From assembly GCF_009914755.1 (NCBI RefSeq), contig NC_060926.1: 64,000 nt of DNA; one strand, 5' to 3'. Shown one piece after another: positions 60,040-64,000 of the stretch. Position numbers and translations under genes: made by a program. This stretch comes from the human T2T-CHM13v2.0 reference genome, Homo sapiens. Below the pieces are notes generated by a model. That model was given only the letters and a program-made list of their open reading frames with translations. It was not told the DNA's origin and did no database searches. Numbering within the stretch: position 1 is the stretch's first letter; each line of letters starts with the position of its first letter.

Positions 60040-63000
60040 TGACTCCCCGCGGGAAACGGTGGAAAGATATCAATGATTTCTGTACATTGCACCCGGTGGC
60101 CAGGATTCCGAAAGCGCTCCTGGGGCCCTGGTTTCCTCTCTGAGCCCCGCCGGCTGTCCACAGGCCCGCGCCGGGCGCAGAGGGCGCCAGGGTGCAAACA
60201 CCCGAACTGTCGCCGCTCGCGGGTTTGCAGGCGGCCTTCGGGCTGCGCGGGGATGTCCGGGAGCCCGACGCAGGGCCCCTTGGCTCGGATTACGGGAAGA
60301 GGAGCCTTCACTGGCCCCCCTCGGAATTTCAAACCTCGCTGGGACTGTATCACACAGCCAGACAGGCCTCTGGAGCTGAGAATTTTAGACTTCGCTGCTC
60401 CGGGAAGCAAGAGGACTACATACAATTCCCTATTTATTTTTCTTCACTTTAATCTGACATCCCGCTTTTTATGCTTACACTGAATCCTACCCAAACCCCA
60501 GAACCCAGACCCGAATTTGGGTTTAACCCCTTTCTCTTTCGCCGAAAAAAAGAAAAAATCCGGAGTTAATTCAATGTCTACGCCTGAATTTGCTTCTATT
60601 TTTTTATTTTGCTTTTCTCCCTGTATGGCTCCCTCCCACTCCCCAAAAAATTCCCCGAGGTCGGTGTTCTCAGGCCTAGGGGACCCTCTCCCACCCCTGG
60701 TCCCCACCTGTCCGAGTGGCCGCTCTCGCCTGGATCCGGCTTGGCGCGTTCGGTGTCCACACAGACTGGCCTTGGGCTTGTGAGAGTGTGGGAGCGATTG
60801 AGGAGGGGCCAGCGCGGCTTCCGGGTTCTGCTACCCCCACCCCTCCGCTCAGTCCGTGGTCTCCAGGAGGTCTGAACCCGACTTCAAAGCTGGGAACGGA
60901 AAACGCCAGAAAAGAAGAAAAAACACAACATCCAAGTCCTTTGTGCAGGAACGCCCCCGTGACTCCAAAACCGTTCTTTTTGCTTGTCCCAGAATTAACT
61001 GTCTTCCTTCTCTTCCCTTTGACTCCTGTAGGGGTGCGGGTGGTTGTCCCGGGGCTCTTTTCCCACTGACCCTGGAAAAGGAGACAAAAGTTCGCGCACC
61101 TGGCTCTCGGCGCCTAGGTTTTCTGCCTCTGCCGGCCCCGGAGCCCGATCCAGGCCGCGCCTCCCTGTTGCCCAAGGGGCGTGCATCTTTGGGACCCTCT
61201 TCCCGGGGAGGTGCAAGAAAAGCTCCGGGTTCCAGCAGAGGTCGGCGCTGCAGGGCCCAGGCGGGAAGATGTGGAAGGAAAAAGTTTAGTACAGAAGGTG
61301 GGGCGGTAAGGGAACGGAAAGTCTCAAGAGCCTGGGAGCGGGGGAGAGGGGCGAGAACCCGTCTGTCTCCCCCACCCCGCCCACCTCCTTCCTCGTATTG
61401 AATCGGATGCGGGGGGCGGGAGGGGGTCACTGCAATGCCAAGGCCTTCTCGGGCCATCTTCCCTGTTCCCCTGCTCCAGCAGAAAGCTGGGAGGGGAACG
61501 AGTGTGTAGCCCCGCGCGTGCGTGTTTGTTCGTGACTCAGAGGCTCTGGGTGGGTGCGTGTGTGAGTCCAAGTGTGTGCCCGAGTGTGCACGCAAAAATT
61601 GCGTTCGTTTTGTCTCTCTAATTCTCGTGTGGTTGCGCTTTGCTGTGTCGGTGTGAAAGTGTGTGTGCGTGTCCACGTGAATAGTCTCCATGTGTGCGTG
61701 TCAGTGAGTGAATTTGTGTGAGAGCTGGGGAGTGACCGAGGTTTTGGAAGTGAAATATGTGAAGTTGGAACGACCCTAGGCTCTGACCCCAAACCTCACC
61801 TTTTACCCTATCTCTCCCTCCAAACCACCCCCTCCACCCCCGCCATTGAACTATGCCAGGGAAGAGGAGACAGTTGTTTAAACCCGGATTAAAATAGCAA
61901 CTGGTTTTTTGTTTCCCACCAAGACCCACCTCAGCAGCTCTGAGCCCTGATTGAGGGGAGGGTGGGCCACACGTGCCAAGGTCAAGATCAAAGGGACCTT
62001 AGGGAGCGCAGAGACCAAAAGCCCGCTCCACAAATGAGGCAACTGAGACCCGAAGAGAGCAAGGGACTAGGTAGGGATCCCACAGAGGCCGCCACTGGTC
62101 TCAGAGCTCGCCAAATCCCGCTGGGAAGCCGCGGGCGTCCCAGTTTTGTTCTGCAGCCTGAGTCCCAGATGAGAGCGCGGGGGATGACGGTCTCCTACCC
62201 CAGGCTTCCAACTCCACTCCATTCACCCCCAGGAAGGGTTCACCCCCTTCCCGGTGGGTGTCGGAGGTGGGAGGAAGGAGGGAAGGTGATCTCTTGGGGC
62301 TGGGAATGTAGTGGGGCTGAGGGCGAGAGGGAAGCACAACCCCTCCCCTTGTCGGATCCCACTTAGGGCTCCTAAGATTCCCACCTCTCCTCCACCCACC
62401 AGGGGGTTAGCAGCATCCTCTTCGCCCCCGCTACAACTGTCCAAGCGTGAATGGTAGTTAGGGGTAGGGGGCTCGGTAAAGGGAAGGCTGGGCTCACTTC
62501 CTGCGGGGGGACTGGGGGTAGGGATGGGGTAGGGGTGGAATACCGGCCACAAAGCCATTCCAGGCACGTCCCTCCCCTCCCGCGCCGATGACTCCCGCCC
62601 CAAAATTGTTATGCAAAGGAGTCAAGTATGTGATCTTCTGGCGATCAAAGCGGCAAAGCCAAATATTAGAGGAGCAGTCAATAATGGATGAGCAGATTAA
62701 GAAACCCATCTCGCGGACAATTATCGCCGCAATTGAAAAAGCTCACTTTTTCCCTTATTCTCCATCCCACCCCCATTTATAAAAGAAAAAAAAAATAGGC
62801 GGAAGGATGGGGGCTGGGGCTGGCAGCCGAGGAGGCTGCAGGGACGCGCATGGAAGAGCCGGTGCGTGGGAGGGTTTGCGGGGGGGACATCGCGCCCCCT
62901 AGGGGTGACCCCGGTGGGTCCCGTGTGCTCTCCGCGGAGCCGGCGGAGCCTTGTCCTCTGCACCCGGCGCGCAGCGGCCCCTTAAACAGTGGAACCGTGA

Positions 63001-63600
63001 GGCCGCTCTAAGCCGAAGGGCTGGAATCTGGGTTTCTCGGGTTTTATTTTAGACCATTCGGCACCAAGCCCGAGCTCCCCCGCCGCACCGCTTCCAGTCC
63101 CCTTTCTTTCCATAGAGCGACCCGAAGCCGGCGGTGGCGCAGGGAGCCGAGTCTGATGAGCTCGCGGGCGGCTGAAGGCCGGCTTCCCTGTGGGGAACGC
63201 GCCACCTGTCGGCGCCAGTGAGAACTGCGTCTGTGTGGCGCCCTCGGGGTATTCGGGGCTGCGGGGAGATGTGTGCCTGAAGCCCTGCGCTTGCGGTGGG
63301 GACGTCCGGCCTCTTTCCTGGCAATTGACCCCTGAGGCGGGAGAGACAACGGAATTCCCACAAAGGGATCCTTCTCGGGATCTCCCCACCTCAAGACAGC
63401 TAAAGCTGGAGGAAAAGCCCCTCCGGGGGGTGGGGGGTGCGGGTTTGCCCTGCGATTCCGAAAGCAGAAAATACCCGAGCCACACAGGGACGGGCGCCGC
63501 GTTGGTAGTCGGGGCTACGTTCCTACTCCCTCTACCTCCCCCGCGCTGTGTGACCCTGGGCGGAACCCCGCTGCTCTCTGGGCCTCAGTGTTCTTATTCG
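60040..63600. promoter_or_regulatory. Upstream CpG island cluster (5-8.5 kb 5' of EN1)
   Basis: Several CpG-dense blocks (about 60040-60420, 60650-61420, 62560-63600). Confidence 0.75.
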
Positions 63601-63645
63601 TAAACTGAGGGCGTTGGATGAGATTGGTCCTCTCCCAACTCTGAC
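63545..63645 (+). mobile_element. MIR fragment
   Basis: gctgtgtgaccctgggc...ctctctgggcctcagtgttctt. Confidence 0.55.
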
Positions 63646-64000
63646 CTTGAAACTGATACTGAATCTGAGCAGCGTCTGTAGACACCTGTGCCTTGCCTTC
63701 TATTTCTAGCCTTGAATAAATCCTGGACTTTTATGTGCCATTTATATCCTAATCTCATATATATTTAATGTATAACTGCTGCCATTATTGTTTTCTCAAT
63801 TGTCTAGGTTTTCATTTGGATGGGGTTAGGATGGTCCAAATTATCCCGATAAGTGCCCATTAACTTAAACCTTTTTAAAAAATGAAACCAGTAAAACTTC
63901 ATTCACTTTGCAGTGTGGACACTGCTGGAGAGCACCCATGTCGTGGGTCCAGCGAGGACACAAGGAGGGGCTTAGAGACATGCGGGAGGCTTAGATGAGA

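Noticed and set aside
60849-61691. 280-aa minus-strand ORF
   Set aside because: Derived from CA-rich low-complexity sequence and a CpG island; no homology recognised.

Overview
Primate (most likely human) genomic DNA containing the complete homeobox gene EN1 (engrailed-1) on the minus strand. The CDS is 54527-53666 plus 50614-50298, with one 3051-nt GT-AG phase-1 intron, encoding 392 aa. The window also covers about 49 kb of downstream gene desert and about 9 kb upstream. Positions 1-31 kb are repeat-rich: MIR, L2, an old L1, three Alus, and hAT and mariner fossils. From about 28 kb to the end I see no Alu, but several large CpG islands and dense clusters of developmental transcription-factor motifs. 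EN1 is the only supportable protein-coding gene; the other ORFs in the track are antisense/GC-rich or repeat-derived artefacts. The best leads are: (1) a candidate spliced minus-strand lncRNA from the CpG island 7-9 kb downstream of EN1; (2) a PBX/HOX/MEIS/TCF composite in the EN1 intron, and SOX-OCT/TCF plus CTCF-like motifs upstream; (3) translational-control features in the EN1 mRNA (two 4-codon uORFs, an in-frame GTG, CPE-like motifs); (4) a 150-bp locally templated insertion that splits an old L1. I cannot demonstrate a wholly new biological system from sequence alone. Regulatory calls are motif-based hypotheses, and repeat boundaries and subfamilies are estimated by eye.
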